A DNA stretch of 64,000 nt from the NCBI GenBank assembly GCA_035084275.1, contig JAYJKW010000046.1:1-64000 (forward strand), in the 5' to 3' direction. Shown here in pieces: positions 38,783 through 50,247 of this stretch; position 1 is the stretch's first letter, and every line of letters starts with the position of its first letter. A program made the translations under genes and the position numbers. Under the pieces are notes generated by a model. It had not been told where the DNA came from, made no database searches, and saw nothing but the letters and a program-made list of their open reading frames with translations. Origin of the DNA: Hydrolagus colliei. Lineage: Eukaryota.

Positions 38783-39270
38783 CTGCGGTTCGAATCCGGG
38801 CAGATCAGGTCAGGGTCCAGGGCAGGGCAGGGCAGGGGGAGACCCTGGGAAAGTTTCGGTACTCTTCACCCTCAACACACACACACGTACGCACACACAC
38901 GCAACACACACGTAGCACACACAACACACAATGTGAGTGTGTGTGTGGGGGGGGGGGCTGGGTGATTCTAATTGTGCGTATGTGTGTGGGGGACTGGGNN
39001 NNNNNNNNNNNNNNNNNNNNNNNNNNNNNNNNNNNNNNNNNNNNNNNNNNNNNNNNNNNNNNNNNNNNNNNNNNNNNNNNNNNNNNNNNNNNNNNNNNNN
39101 NNNNNNNNNNNNNNNNNNNNNNNNNNNNNNNNNNNNNNNNNNNNNNNNNNNNNNNNNNNNNNNNNNNNNNTGTGAGTGTGTGTGGGGACAGGATTATTGT
39201 GAGTGTGTGTGTGTCTGCGAGAGAGATCGAGTGCTCTGTACCACTGAGCTACAGGAGACCCCAACCCTAC

Positions 39271-39570
39271 CTGGGCTCCAATTGGTGATGTTTATGATGA
39301 TGAGGGTCTGGGAGGGGTCATGGGTGACTTTGCAGGCATAAATCACGTCTTTCGTCCAGTCTGTGGCCGGGATGGTCAGTCGGCTGTCAGTACTGAAGTT
39401 CCCATTGTCATTGAGCGAAGCGGAGGTCTCAATGCCTGAGGCCAAGGCCTTCCCGTCCTTCAGCCAGTCAACCCTGAGCTTGTCTGGACTGAAGCCAGAG
39501 ACTGAGCAGAGAAGCGTGGCCTGGTTGGCGAAGGCGATGTCTTTGGGGGACGTCTGTGTGAGGGGCACAA
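39271..39570 (-). CDS. IGHM: Cluster D CH2 (usual acceptor missing; next in-frame AG assumed)
   Basis: VVPLTQTSPKDIAFANQATLLCSV..YACKVTH..NWSP; 5' boundary inferred. Confidence 0.82.
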
Positions 39571-40075
39571 CTGGGGGCGACGGCGACAACAACAAGGACA
39601 AAATTAGACACGCACAGACAGGGGCTTTCGCGTCAGGAGGACGTCCCAAGGCGCTGGACAGTCACTGCTTCAGAACCAAGCTGAGGACAATGTGATGGGG
39701 TGGGGGAGGAGAGGGGGTGTGGGGTGTGGTGTGGGGGGGAGTCAGGTGGAGGGAGTGGGGGGTGGGGGAGATTAGGATTTGCGGAAGGGCCCATCGAAGA
39801 GGAGGGTCTTGAGGCGAGACTTGAAGGAGTCCAGTGAGGGAGAGAGGGAGGGAGCGAGGCGTAGGGACTGAGGGATGGAGTTCCCGAGTTTGCGGGGAGG
39901 TAGGCGGACGGATAGAGTGGCTGAAGCCTGGCCCATTAGGCTCACCGTCATACGAGCGTAAGCATTAGGAGCAGAAGTAGGCCATTCAGCCCCTCGAGCC
40001 TCGCGTGAAAGGCTCTACGCAGGGGGTAATGTTGTTGTCTGATTGCCTCTGTACCTTTGGAAACACAAAACTAAC

Positions 40076-40384
40076 CTGGGAAAGTGACATTCTCGCCTGA
40101 CCAGCTGCTGCTTTTGACCTGACAACAGAGATTGGAGATGTCCACCTGAGATGCCTGGATGGTCAGCTGGCTGCTGGCTGTGTAGAGACCGGCCTTGCTG
40201 AGCACCGAGGGGTAAATCTTGATTTGGCCTTCGTTGGCGATGGGACGTCCATTGGAGGTCCAGCTGAAAGTGGCCGGCTCGGGGGCGTAGTCGGCGGCCA
40301 GACACCCGAACGTGAGTCGGCCTGCGGGGGTGGGCGATTCGCAGGTGGGCCGGAGGGTGTAAAAACTGGGAGCTCTAGGGGTGT
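40076..40384 (-). CDS. IGHM: Cluster D CH1 (type 2)
   Basis: DTPRAPSFYTLRPTC..GCLAADYAP..LCCQVKSSSWSGENVTFP; 309 nt. Confidence 0.93.
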
Positions 40385-40499
40385 CTGGAAACGCGAAGAG
40401 AGCAAAGTTAGACCCCACCCACCAGGTTTCCGCCCTTCTCCAATTGGGTAAGACGCCACAGATACACTGGACTAGACCTGCCGCACGCGTCATTACACC

Positions 40500-40895
40500 C
40501 ACAGGAGTAGGCCATTCAGCCCCTCGAGCCCGCCCCTCCCATTCAATAAGATCACGGCTGATCTTCTAATCTAACTCCCCCGACCCCCCGCCTTGTCCCC
40601 ATCTCCCCTTAATCCCTTTATCCTCAAGAAATCTCATCAATCTCAGTCTTGAATATGTCCAGGAACTGACTGAGCATCTACAGCCCTTTGGGGTAGAGAA
40701 TTCCATCCATTCACTATCCTCTTGAGCGAAGATGTTTTTCCTAAAATCAGTGTGAAAATGCTGACCCCTCATCTTCAGACTGTGACTCTCTAGTTATGGT
40801 TTCTCCAACCAGGGGACACAGTCTCCCACTGTCCACTGTGTCAATGCCCCTTAATAATCTGATACATTTCCATAAGATCACCTCTGATTCTTCCA
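40500..40895 (-). mobile_element. CR1 LINE 3' fragment (D)
   Basis: Orthologous intron copy. Confidence 0.72.
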
Positions 40896-41569
40896 ATCAG
40901 GTCTCACACTCAATCACAGCCTGAACCCTGACATCTCAATCGCAAACTGTTTCCGTCCAATAAACCACGGGTTACTAAACACTCTCCTTCTGTCGGCCAG
41001 ACGCTCTCTCTCCCTCTCTCTCCCTGTGTCCGTTTCTCTCGCTCTCGGTGGCTGGCCAGCCAGCTCACACTCTGTCCTTCCACGTCACAACACGGAGCCT
41101 TCAATCTGCGTTTCGCCCACAAACGTACAGTCACTACACTTGACAGTCTATTCTGTGAAGCGCTTTGAGACACAGTCGATCGGATGTGAAAAGCCGCCAC
41201 GTCTAACTCAAGGATTGTTCTCATTACTAACACCTGGATCTCTTGTACAGAGTTTACGCTGTGTGACGTAAACTCTGTACATAACTCAAACATTAAATAA
41301 TAATCATTGCATTTGATATCGCGCTTTTCACATTTTATCAACGTCTCAAAAGCTGTGCACAGAATACACTGAATTGACAATATATTTTGTGCGAGAGACG
41401 AACGCGGCAGCCAATTGCGCACAGCAGCTTCCCCACAAATAGCCGTGGATTGAAAATAACCAATTTTATTCCAGTGGGAATTTGTTTTTGGACGGATTAT
41501 TATTGAGCGAGTGAGTGAGCGCGTTCTTTCGCTCATTCTTTCGTTCGTTCATTCGCAAATGTTTCTTAC

Positions 41570-41624
41570 CGTCAGTCACTGTCAGCCTGGTCCCTTGTCC
41601 CAGAAGTTAAGAACTCCAGTTGTG
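41570..41624 (-). pseudogene. IGHJ: Cluster D germline-joined D(D)J with D1-type 12-RSS (41625-41652)
   Basis: CAC-AACTGGAGT(D2)-TCTTAACTTCTGGGACAAGGG..GACG|GTAAG; in-frame TAA as assembled; open (TTGVLNFWGQGTRLTVTD) if one G is restored. Confidence 0.85.
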
Positions 41625-42298
41625 CACAGTGATACAGTCCCATACAAATACTGGCCTCGGTCTCTGCTCTCTCTACACTGGCTGCCAAAAGTCACTGAAA
41701 TGGGCTATTTTAATGCCGGACAGAGTCTCAGATAATAATAATAACAACAATAATAATTATTCTATTTGATATCGTGACTTTTCGCGTCTTCCTGACTGTC
41801 TCAACGCGTTTCACAGGAAATACTGTAAAGTGAATTGACTGTGTGTTTGTGGGAGAGCGAAACGCGGCATCGTCCCACACACAGCCAACTGTGGGTTGAA
41901 AATGTCTGTGTGGGTGGGGGGTGGGGGTGGGGGGGGGGGTGGAACGCAATCCAACCTCAGTCCTGAGGAACCACACAGTCACTTACCGGCTGAAATGGCG
42001 GGATATCGCAGCACAGACTCGTTCACTCACTCCCCTCCTCACTCCCCTCCTCAGTCCCCTCCTCACTCCCCTCCATCGAACCGCCGGTCACTGTCTTAGT
42101 TTGGGGAATGAGACGAGGAATCCATTCCAATTCGAAGCCCGTGTTTCCCCCCGTCCTTCCTTTCTGTGCTGCAGACACAGTGTTGACACCATGACTTGAC
42201 TTCCCCCCAGTCAGTCAGTCAGTCAGTCAGTCGAGGGTGGGACCTCTCTTCGCTTGTGTGAGTATTTGTAGGAGGCCAGCCAGGTTCCTCTCACTGTG

Positions 42299-42606
42299 CT
42301 AGGCGCTGGCACAGTAATATATGGCGGTGCCGTGAACTGTCGGACTGTTGATGATCAGATCGAAGATGTTGTTGGAAGTGTCTTTGATGACAGTGACACG
42401 GCTTTCAATGCCGGGCGCGTAAGAATTGAAGGATGAGCTGTAATAATACAGGAGCCATTCCAAGCCTTTCCCAGGAACCTGCCTGACCCAGTGCATGTAA
42501 TAGCTGCTGAGATCAAACCCGCTGGTTGTACAGGTGAGTCTCACGGCCGTGCCAGGCTTCCCGGTTAGAGTCGCCGGCTGTGTCAGCATCACAGCGCCCT
42601 GGACGC
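42299..42606 (-). CDS. IGHV: Cluster D VH exon ending CASA* at the RSS; RSS at 42261-42298 with 22-nt spacer
   Basis: Open frame to terminal TAG; conserved DTA changed to GTA. Confidence 0.88.
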
Positions 42607-42795
42607 CTGCGAGAAACGAGAAAAACGGGACCCGAGGTTAATTGCGGCGAGAACCGAGATCCGTGGACGCCGAGACAGAGAGAGAGACAGAGGCAGAGAC
42701 AGAGAGAATCAAAGAGGCAGAGACAGAGAGAGACACACGGACGCACGGACGCAAGCGAAAACAGCGAGACTAGGGTAGGACGAACGCCGACTCAC

Positions 42796-42841
42796 ATGAG
42801 AAGAGAGCCAGCAAGAGGCTGAGAGATATCAGGGACCTCAT
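42796..42841 (-). CDS. IGHV: Cluster D leader exon
   Basis: 46 nt, ATG to GTGAGT. Confidence 0.92.
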
Positions 42842-45800
42842 GGCTTCCCAGACAAAGTATCAGAGTTTGACGCGCCCTGTTTGTTTGAGCCACAACAGCC
42901 GAGAGACAGAGAGCTGTCGGGTGGACAGATGGGGTCTGTTACACACTGAGCTGCTATTTAACGAGGGGGGACGAGGCCAGGTGTCTGGGGAACGGACCAA
43001 TGAGGTATCAGGGCTGATTGGGGAGGAAGGGAGGGGAGGGGGTGAAGGAGGTGGGGGGGCGGGGGGAGAGTCACACCTCACATTCCCTCTGACCCCCGCA
43101 CTGATAATTAATTTACCTTCTGCCTGGATGGCAGCAAAGTTCGTATTAATTAATACGAGTGTCAATAGTGGGAGCTTTCTGTGGCTCGGTGGTTGGAGCA
43201 ATCGCTCACTCACTCACCCTCTCTCTCTCTCTCTCGCTCGCTCGCCTTGCAAACATGAGATATCTGTGTGTGTTCAAATCCAGGCAGATCAGGTCACGTC
43301 AGGGCGAAAGCTTGGGCAAGTTTCCTTACTCCACGCACACAAACACACAAACAGACACAGAGACACACGCGCACACACACACACACGCCTAATAATAATG
43401 CCTCCAAACACCACACCCACTATAACAAAAATAAAATAATATAAATTGGTCATTTTCAAACCACTGTTGGCTGTGTGTGTGGGGAGGGAGGGAGGGGGGG
43501 TGGGGACGCTGCTGTGTGCAATTGGCTCCCAGATCGTGTTTCGCTCTCCCCACAAAACATATATACAATCACTACACTTGACAGTCTATTCTCTGAAGTG
43601 CTTTGAGACGTGGATAAGAGGTGATGAGCCGCGATATCAAACGCGAGGATTATTATTATTATTATTACATACACTCAAACATACATACACTGTACACACA
43701 AAAACACATACACACAAACACACACACACACACACAGCCGCGTGTGTCCGCCTCACAAAGCCACTCTGGCTTTGATGGAACGTGGAGCGAAATTATCGTT
43801 TCATTTTCTGTTCGAATCGACATCACTGATGGTTCTCCCTCCGGAAGGCGTTTTGTGACCTGAACAAGGTATTTACTGGCTGAACGTGAGGACGCACAGT
43901 CTGGCGGTCGGTCGCTCGGCGACGTTTCTATTTCGGTGAAGAAACGAGACGTTTGACGCGTTTCGAACGACGCCAAATAACGGAACGATATAAATATGAC
44001 AACAGCGTTTCATCCGTTCGAGGATTTCTGGGAATTTCTAGAAATAAGATATTTTCTTCCACGTCTGCGCCTTCGAACGATAATTATAATCCTGGCGTTT
44101 GGATATCGCGGCTTCTCACGTCTTATCGACCGTGTCTCGACGCGCTTCACAGGATAGACCGTCGAGTGTAGTGACTGTGGGTCCCCACACATACAGTGTC
44201 TGGGGACCCAAATCTGATGATGTGAGAAGGGCTCAGTTCCTTATCCACAGGAAACACCTGCTCTCTCTGCCACTGAATTAGAGTCTCTGCCTCTTAATAC
44301 TGACCTGACCTGAAAGCCGACCACTGGAGACTGGTTAAAAATACTCCAACAAACAGCTCAAGCTTTCAACACACACACACTCTCACACACACTCACACTA
44401 GCACACACACACACACACTCACACGCATTCACATTCACTCACACACACACTCACTCGCACACACAAATACGCACACACACNNNNNNNNNNNNNNNNNNNN
44501 NNNNNNNNNNNNNNNNNNNNNNNNNNNNNNNNNNNNNNNNNNNNNNNNNNNNNNNNNNNNNNNNNNNNNNNNNNNNNNNNNNNNNNNNNNNNNNNNNNNN
44601 NNNNNNNNNNNNNNNNNNNNNNNNNNNNNNNNNNNNNNNNNNNNNNNNNNNNNNNNNNNNNNNNNNGGGGGGGGTCAATCCCAGCTGCGTCCTGTGACAA
44701 GCCGTGCCCGCCGCTCGAACCCCCTGCTCCCCGCCAGCCACCCCCTGATGGTCTCCCGTCCACTCGCGAGTCTCTCGAATCGGTGACGAGGCCCAGAGAG
44801 AAACAATAATCCCCCGAATAATATAGAAATCTAATAATCGCATTAATGTTAATAATCACCGATCCGGCATTGGATACGGCGGCGTTTTGTTTTCGCGTCT
44901 CGTCGACCGGGTCTCGAAGCGCTTCGCGGGATAGACCGTCAAGCGCAGTGACTGTGTGTACATGGATATATTTGTGGGAGAGAGGAACGCGGCAGCCGAT
45001 TCCGCACGACAGCGTCACCCCCACGCACCCCCCCCCCCACACACACACACTCATAGATTGAAATGACAGATTTTTTATTATTGTGTGTGTGTGAGTATGT
45101 GTATATCGTGTGTGCGTATTTGTGTTGTGTGTGGAGTNNNNNNNNNNNNNNNNNNNNNNNNNNNNNNNNNNNNNNNNNNNNNNNNNNNNNNNNNNNNNNN
45201 NNNNNNNNNNNNNNNNNNNNNNNNNNNNNNNNNNNNNNNNNNNNNNNNNNNNNNNNNNNNNNNNNNNNNNNTGTGTGTCTGTTTGAGTGTGTGTGTGAGT
45301 ACGTGTATGAGTGTGTGTGTTGAGTATGTGTGTGCGTATTTGTGCGTGAGTGAGCGTGTGACTGAGTGCGTGTGTGTGTGTGCGAGTGAGTGCGTGTGTG
45401 TGTGTCTGTGTGAGTGAATGTGAATACGTGTGAGTGTGTGTGTGTGTATGTGAGTGTGTGTGTGAGTGTGTGTGTGTGTTGAAAGCTTGAGCTGTTTGTT
45501 GGAGTATTTTTAATCAGTCTCCAGTGGTCGGCTTTCAGGTCAGGTCAGTATTAAGAGGCAGAGACTCTAATTCAGTGGCAGAGAGAGCAGGTGTTTCTTG
45601 TGGATAAGGAACTGAGCCCTTCTCACATCATCAGATTTGGGTCCCCAGACACATACACACAGTCACTACACTCGACGGTCTATCCTGTGAAGCGCTTCGA
45701 GACACGGTCGATAAGACGGGAGAAGCCGCGATATCCAAACGCCAGGATTATTATTCTTTATTATGATTATGTCTCTACCGTTTAAAACTCGCGAAACAAT

Positions 45801-46879
45801 TAACTTAAATTAGTTAAATTTAATTAAATCTGCTTAATTTCGCTTCACGTTCCTTTAAAGCCGGAGATGTTTTGTGAAGCGGACACACGCGGCTGTGTGT
45901 GTGTGTGTGTGTGTGTGAGTGTGTCTGTGTGTATGTGTTTATTTGTGTGTACAGTGTATGTATGTTTGAGTGTATGTTTGTAATAATAATAACAATAATA
46001 ATCCTCGCGTTTGATATCGCGGCTCATCACCTCTTATCCGCGTCTCAAAGCGCTTCACAGAATAGACTGTCAAGTGTAGTGACTGTATATATGTTTTGTG
46101 CGGAGAGCGAAACGCGATCGGCAGCCGATTGTACACAGCAGCCCCCCCCCCCACCCCCCCCCCCCCACACACACAGCCAACAGTCGGTTGAATATGACCA
46201 ATTTTTATTATTTTATTTCTATTATAGTGGGTTTGTTTTTGGAGGCATTATTATTAGGCGTGTGTTTGTCTGTCTGTCTGTGTGTGTGTCTCTGTGTACG
46301 TGTGTGTGTGGCTCTGTGTGCGTGTGTGTCTGTGTGTGTCTATCAGTGTGTGTGGCTGTGTGCGTGGAGTAAGGAAACTTGCCCATGGTTTCGCCCTGAC
46401 CTGACTTGATCTGCCTGGATTTCAAACACACAGATCTCTCATGCTTGCAAGGCGAGCGAGAGAGAGAGTGAATGCTCTAACCACCGAGCCACAGAAAGCT
46501 CCCACTATTGACACTCATATTTATTAATATGAACTTTGCTGCCGTCCAGGCAGAAGGTAAATTAATGATCAGTGCCGGGGTCAGAGGGAATGTGAGGTGT
46601 GACTCTCACCCCCCCCCCCCTCCCTCCCTGTCCCCCCTCCCACCTCCTTCACCCCCCCCCCCTCCCTCCCTGTCCCCCCTCCCTGCCTCCGCCCCCCCCT
46701 CCCCAATCAGCCCTGATACCTCATTGGTCCGTTCCCCAGACACCTGGCCTCGTCCCCCTCGTTAAGTAGCAGCTCAGTGTGTAACAGACCCCATCTGTCC
46801 ACCCGACAGCTCTCTGTCTCTCGGCTGTTGTGGCTCAAACAAACAGGGCGTCAAACTCTGATACTTTGTCTGGGAAGCC

Positions 46880-46925
46880 ATGAGGTCCCTGATATCTCTC
46901 AGCCTCTTGCTGGCTCTCTTCTCAT
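46880..46925 (+). CDS. IGHV: Cluster E leader exon ([15 protein letters not shown])
   Basis: 46 nt, GTGAGT donor. Confidence 0.93.
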
Positions 46926-47101
46926 GTGAGTCGGCGTTCGTCCTACCCTAGTCTCGCTTGCGTCCGTGCGTGTGTGTCTCTCTCTCTGTCTCTCTCTGTC
47001 TCTGTCTCTCTCTGTCTCCGTCTCTCTCTCTGTCTCCGCGTCCACGGATCTCGGTTCTCGCCGTAATTAACCTCGGGTCCCGTTTTTCTCGTTTCTCGCA
47101 G

Positions 47102-47433
47102 GCGTCCAGGGCGCTTGGATGCTGACACAGCCGGCGACTCTAACCGGGAAGCCTGGCACGGCCGTGAGACTCACCTGTAAAACCAGCGGTTTCGATCTCA
47201 GCGGCTGGTACATAGACTGGGTCAGGCAGGTTCCTGGGAAAGGCTTGGAATGGCTCCTGCGTTATCACACTCCAACCGCTAGCAACACTGCTTATGCACC
47301 CGGCATTCAAAGCCGTGTCACTGTCATCAAAGAGAATTCCAACAACATCTGCGATCTGATCATCAACAGTCCGACAGTTCACGACACCGCCATATATTAC
47401 TGTATCAGAGGATATACAGTGGACCACTACGGT
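47102..47433 (+). CDS. IGHV: Cluster E germline-joined V-D1-D2 exon, in frame; D2-type 12-RSS at 47434-47461
   Basis: ..DTAIYYCIRGYTVDHYG then CACAGTG-12-ACAAAAACC; no V 23-RSS. Confidence 0.93.
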
Positions 47434-47873
47434 CACAGTGTTAACTGTCAATACAAAAACCCTCCAACAGAAAAACCTTCTCAATCTCTCCCACCGCCGG
47501 CTTGTGAGGGTCCCAATTAACGCTCGGAGAGTTGACGTGTGTATGAGGAGACCCACCACTGAGGAATTTTCAGCCGATTTGACTTAAAAACACATAAAAC
47601 GTCGAATTTTGAATCTCAAATACATGGGCGACAATCGCAATGGGGGCTGTTTTGTTGTCGGGAACACAGCAAGACACAGGCGTTTAACACCAGGCGAACG
47701 CAGATTGTTCTGTGCGGTTGTTGTTGTTGTTGTTGTTGGGAACATGACAGAGAGAGACGGTTTCCTGCGTTTTGTTTTGGGGGAAATTTACCATTTGGAA
47801 TAACAGATTGTTTGTGTGACCTGTCCTCACAGCAAGTTATTGTAGTGAGCAGACCACTGACTGAGGCACTGTG

Positions 47874-47922
47874 ACATATCTTCACAACTGGGCACAAGGG
47901 ACCATGCTGACAGTGACTGACG
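47874..47922 (+). CDS. IGHJ: Cluster E JH (TYLHNWAQGTMLTVTD), 23-RSS at 47835-47873
   Basis: AGTTATTGT-23-CACTGTG; GTAAG donor; WAQG instead of WGQG. Confidence 0.92.
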
Positions 47923-49739
47923 GTAAGAAACAATTGCGAACGAGCGAAAGAAAGAACGCGCTCACTCACTCACTTAATAATAATCCGTCCAAGAAAAAAA
48001 AATTCCCACTGAAATAAAATTGGTTATTTTCAATCCACGGCTATTTGTGGGGAAGCTGCTGTGCGCAATTGGCTGCAGCGTTCGTCTCTCCCACAAAGTA
48101 TATTGTCAATTCAGTGCATTCTGTGCAGAGCTTTTGAGACGTTGATAAACTGTGAAAAGCGCGAAGTCAAATGCAATGATTATTATTTAATGTTTGATAT
48201 TTAATGTTTACTGTTTAAAGTTTAGAGTTTAAATTTGACAGTTCAGCAGGTAGCATGTAGAAAGTAACATTTAAAATTAAAAATGTAAATTTTAAATTTA
48301 AAAATGGAAAATTTTAGACTTTAAATTTAAAAATGGAAAATGATTAATTTAAAATTTAAAAATTTTAATTTAATGTCACCTGTTACATTTAACATTTATA
48401 TGAATTATTTCATTATAATTATATTATTAGTATTATTGCTGGTATATTTTCGGTGGTTAGTGACTCCACAGCTGAAGTCACACTGACAGACTTCCTGCGA
48501 TGTCTGATCATGGTGATGCCGGCTGCTGATTGTGGGGGTACGATGGGGTCGGGAATTGTATAAATACGTTTGAAACTTTTGCCGCGTGTTGGGAATCAGG
48601 GGCTGAATGTTGTGGGATGAGCGAGTGGCAGCCTGTCTGATCGGTTCCAATCTGAATTTCAATTGGTTGTTTATTAGGAAGGAAAGAGGCTCGTCCGGGA
48701 TAGAGGGGAGGAGACTGGGGTGGTGGGGGGGAGACTGAGAGTAAAGTGGGTTTACACTGCTGGGATGTCATTGAAAATACAGTCACTAAAACTGCTCGGA
48801 TATTACAATAATATAATAATTTTCACATCTTATCGACTGTGTCTCAAAGCGCTTCACAGAATAGACTGTCAAGTGTAGTGACTGAATATTTGTGGGAGAG
48901 CGAAACACCGCAGCCAATTGCGCACACGCAGCCGTGGATCGTAAATCACAATTTTTATTATTGTGATTTCTTTTGGAGGGATGACTATTGGTGTCTGTGT
49001 GTGTGTGTGTGTGTGTCTGTCTGTCTGTTTTTGTGTGTGTGTGTGACTGTGTGTATGTGTATGTATGTGTGTCTGTGTGTGTGTTTAGCAAGCAAATTTG
49101 GCCCCAGGTCTCGCCCTGACCTGATCTGCCTGGATTCGAATACAGGTCTCACACTTGCGAAGCGAGTGAGTGCCTCTAACCATTGAGCTTCAGGAGCTCA
49201 GATTTTCATTTCAATTTGATTTTCACGGCAATTGAGTGAGGCTTCCTCACAGCGCACAGTAGACACGATAGGCCGTTGCTGCTCTACAATCATCCGGTTC
49301 CTGTTTCACACCAACTGACCAGCGGAGAAAACACACACAGATCTGATTGCAATCGAACACACAGCGTAAACTCTGTATAAGAGATGCAGGTGTTCGTAAT
49401 GAGAACAATCCTTGCGTTAGACGTGGCGATTTTCACATCCGATCGACTGTGTCTCAAAGCGCTTCACAGAATAGACTTTCAAGTGTAGTGACTGTACGTT
49501 TGTGGGCGAAACCCAGATTGAAGGCTCCGTGTTGTGACGTGGAAGGACAGAGGGTGAGCTGGCTGGCCAGTCACCGAGAGCGAGAGAAAGGGACACAGAG
49601 AGAGAGAGAGAGAGAGAGAGGGAAATAGAGCGTCCGGCTGAGACAAGGAGAGTGTCGAGTAACCTGTGGTTTATTGGACGGAAACAGTTTGCGTTTGAGA
49701 TGTCAGGGTTCAGGCTGTGATTGAGTGTGAGACCTGATT

Positions 49740-50130
49740 AGAAGAATCAGAGGTGATCTTATAGAAACCTATCAGATTATTAAGGGGCATTGACACAGTA
49801 GACAGTGGGAGACTGTCTCCCCTGGTTGGAGAAGCCATAACTAGAGGGTCACAATCTGAAGATGAGGGGTCAGCATTTCACACTGAGTTGAGGAAAAACA
49901 TCTTCACTCAAGAGGGCAGTGAATGGATGGAATTCTCTACCCCAAAGGGCTGCAGATGCTGAGTCAGTCCCTGGACATATTTAAGACTGAGATTGATGAG
50001 ATTTCTTGAGGATAAAGGGATTAAGGGGAGATGGGGACAAGGCGGGGGGTGGGGGGAGTAAGATTAGAAGATCAGTCGTGATCTTAGTGAATGGCAGGGC
50101 GGGCTCGAGGGGCTGAATGGCCTACTCCTT
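49740..50130 (+). mobile_element. CR1 LINE 3' fragment (E)
   Basis: RRIRGDLIETYQIIKG..RGHNLKMRG..FHTELRKNIFTQ. Confidence 0.75.
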
Positions 50131-50247
50131 TGTGTGTATTGACGCGTGTGGCAGGTCTAGTCCAGTGTATCTGTGGCGTCTGACCCAATTGGACAAGGGC
50201 GGAAACCTGGTGGGCGGGGTCTAACTTTGCTCTTTTCGCGTTTCCAG

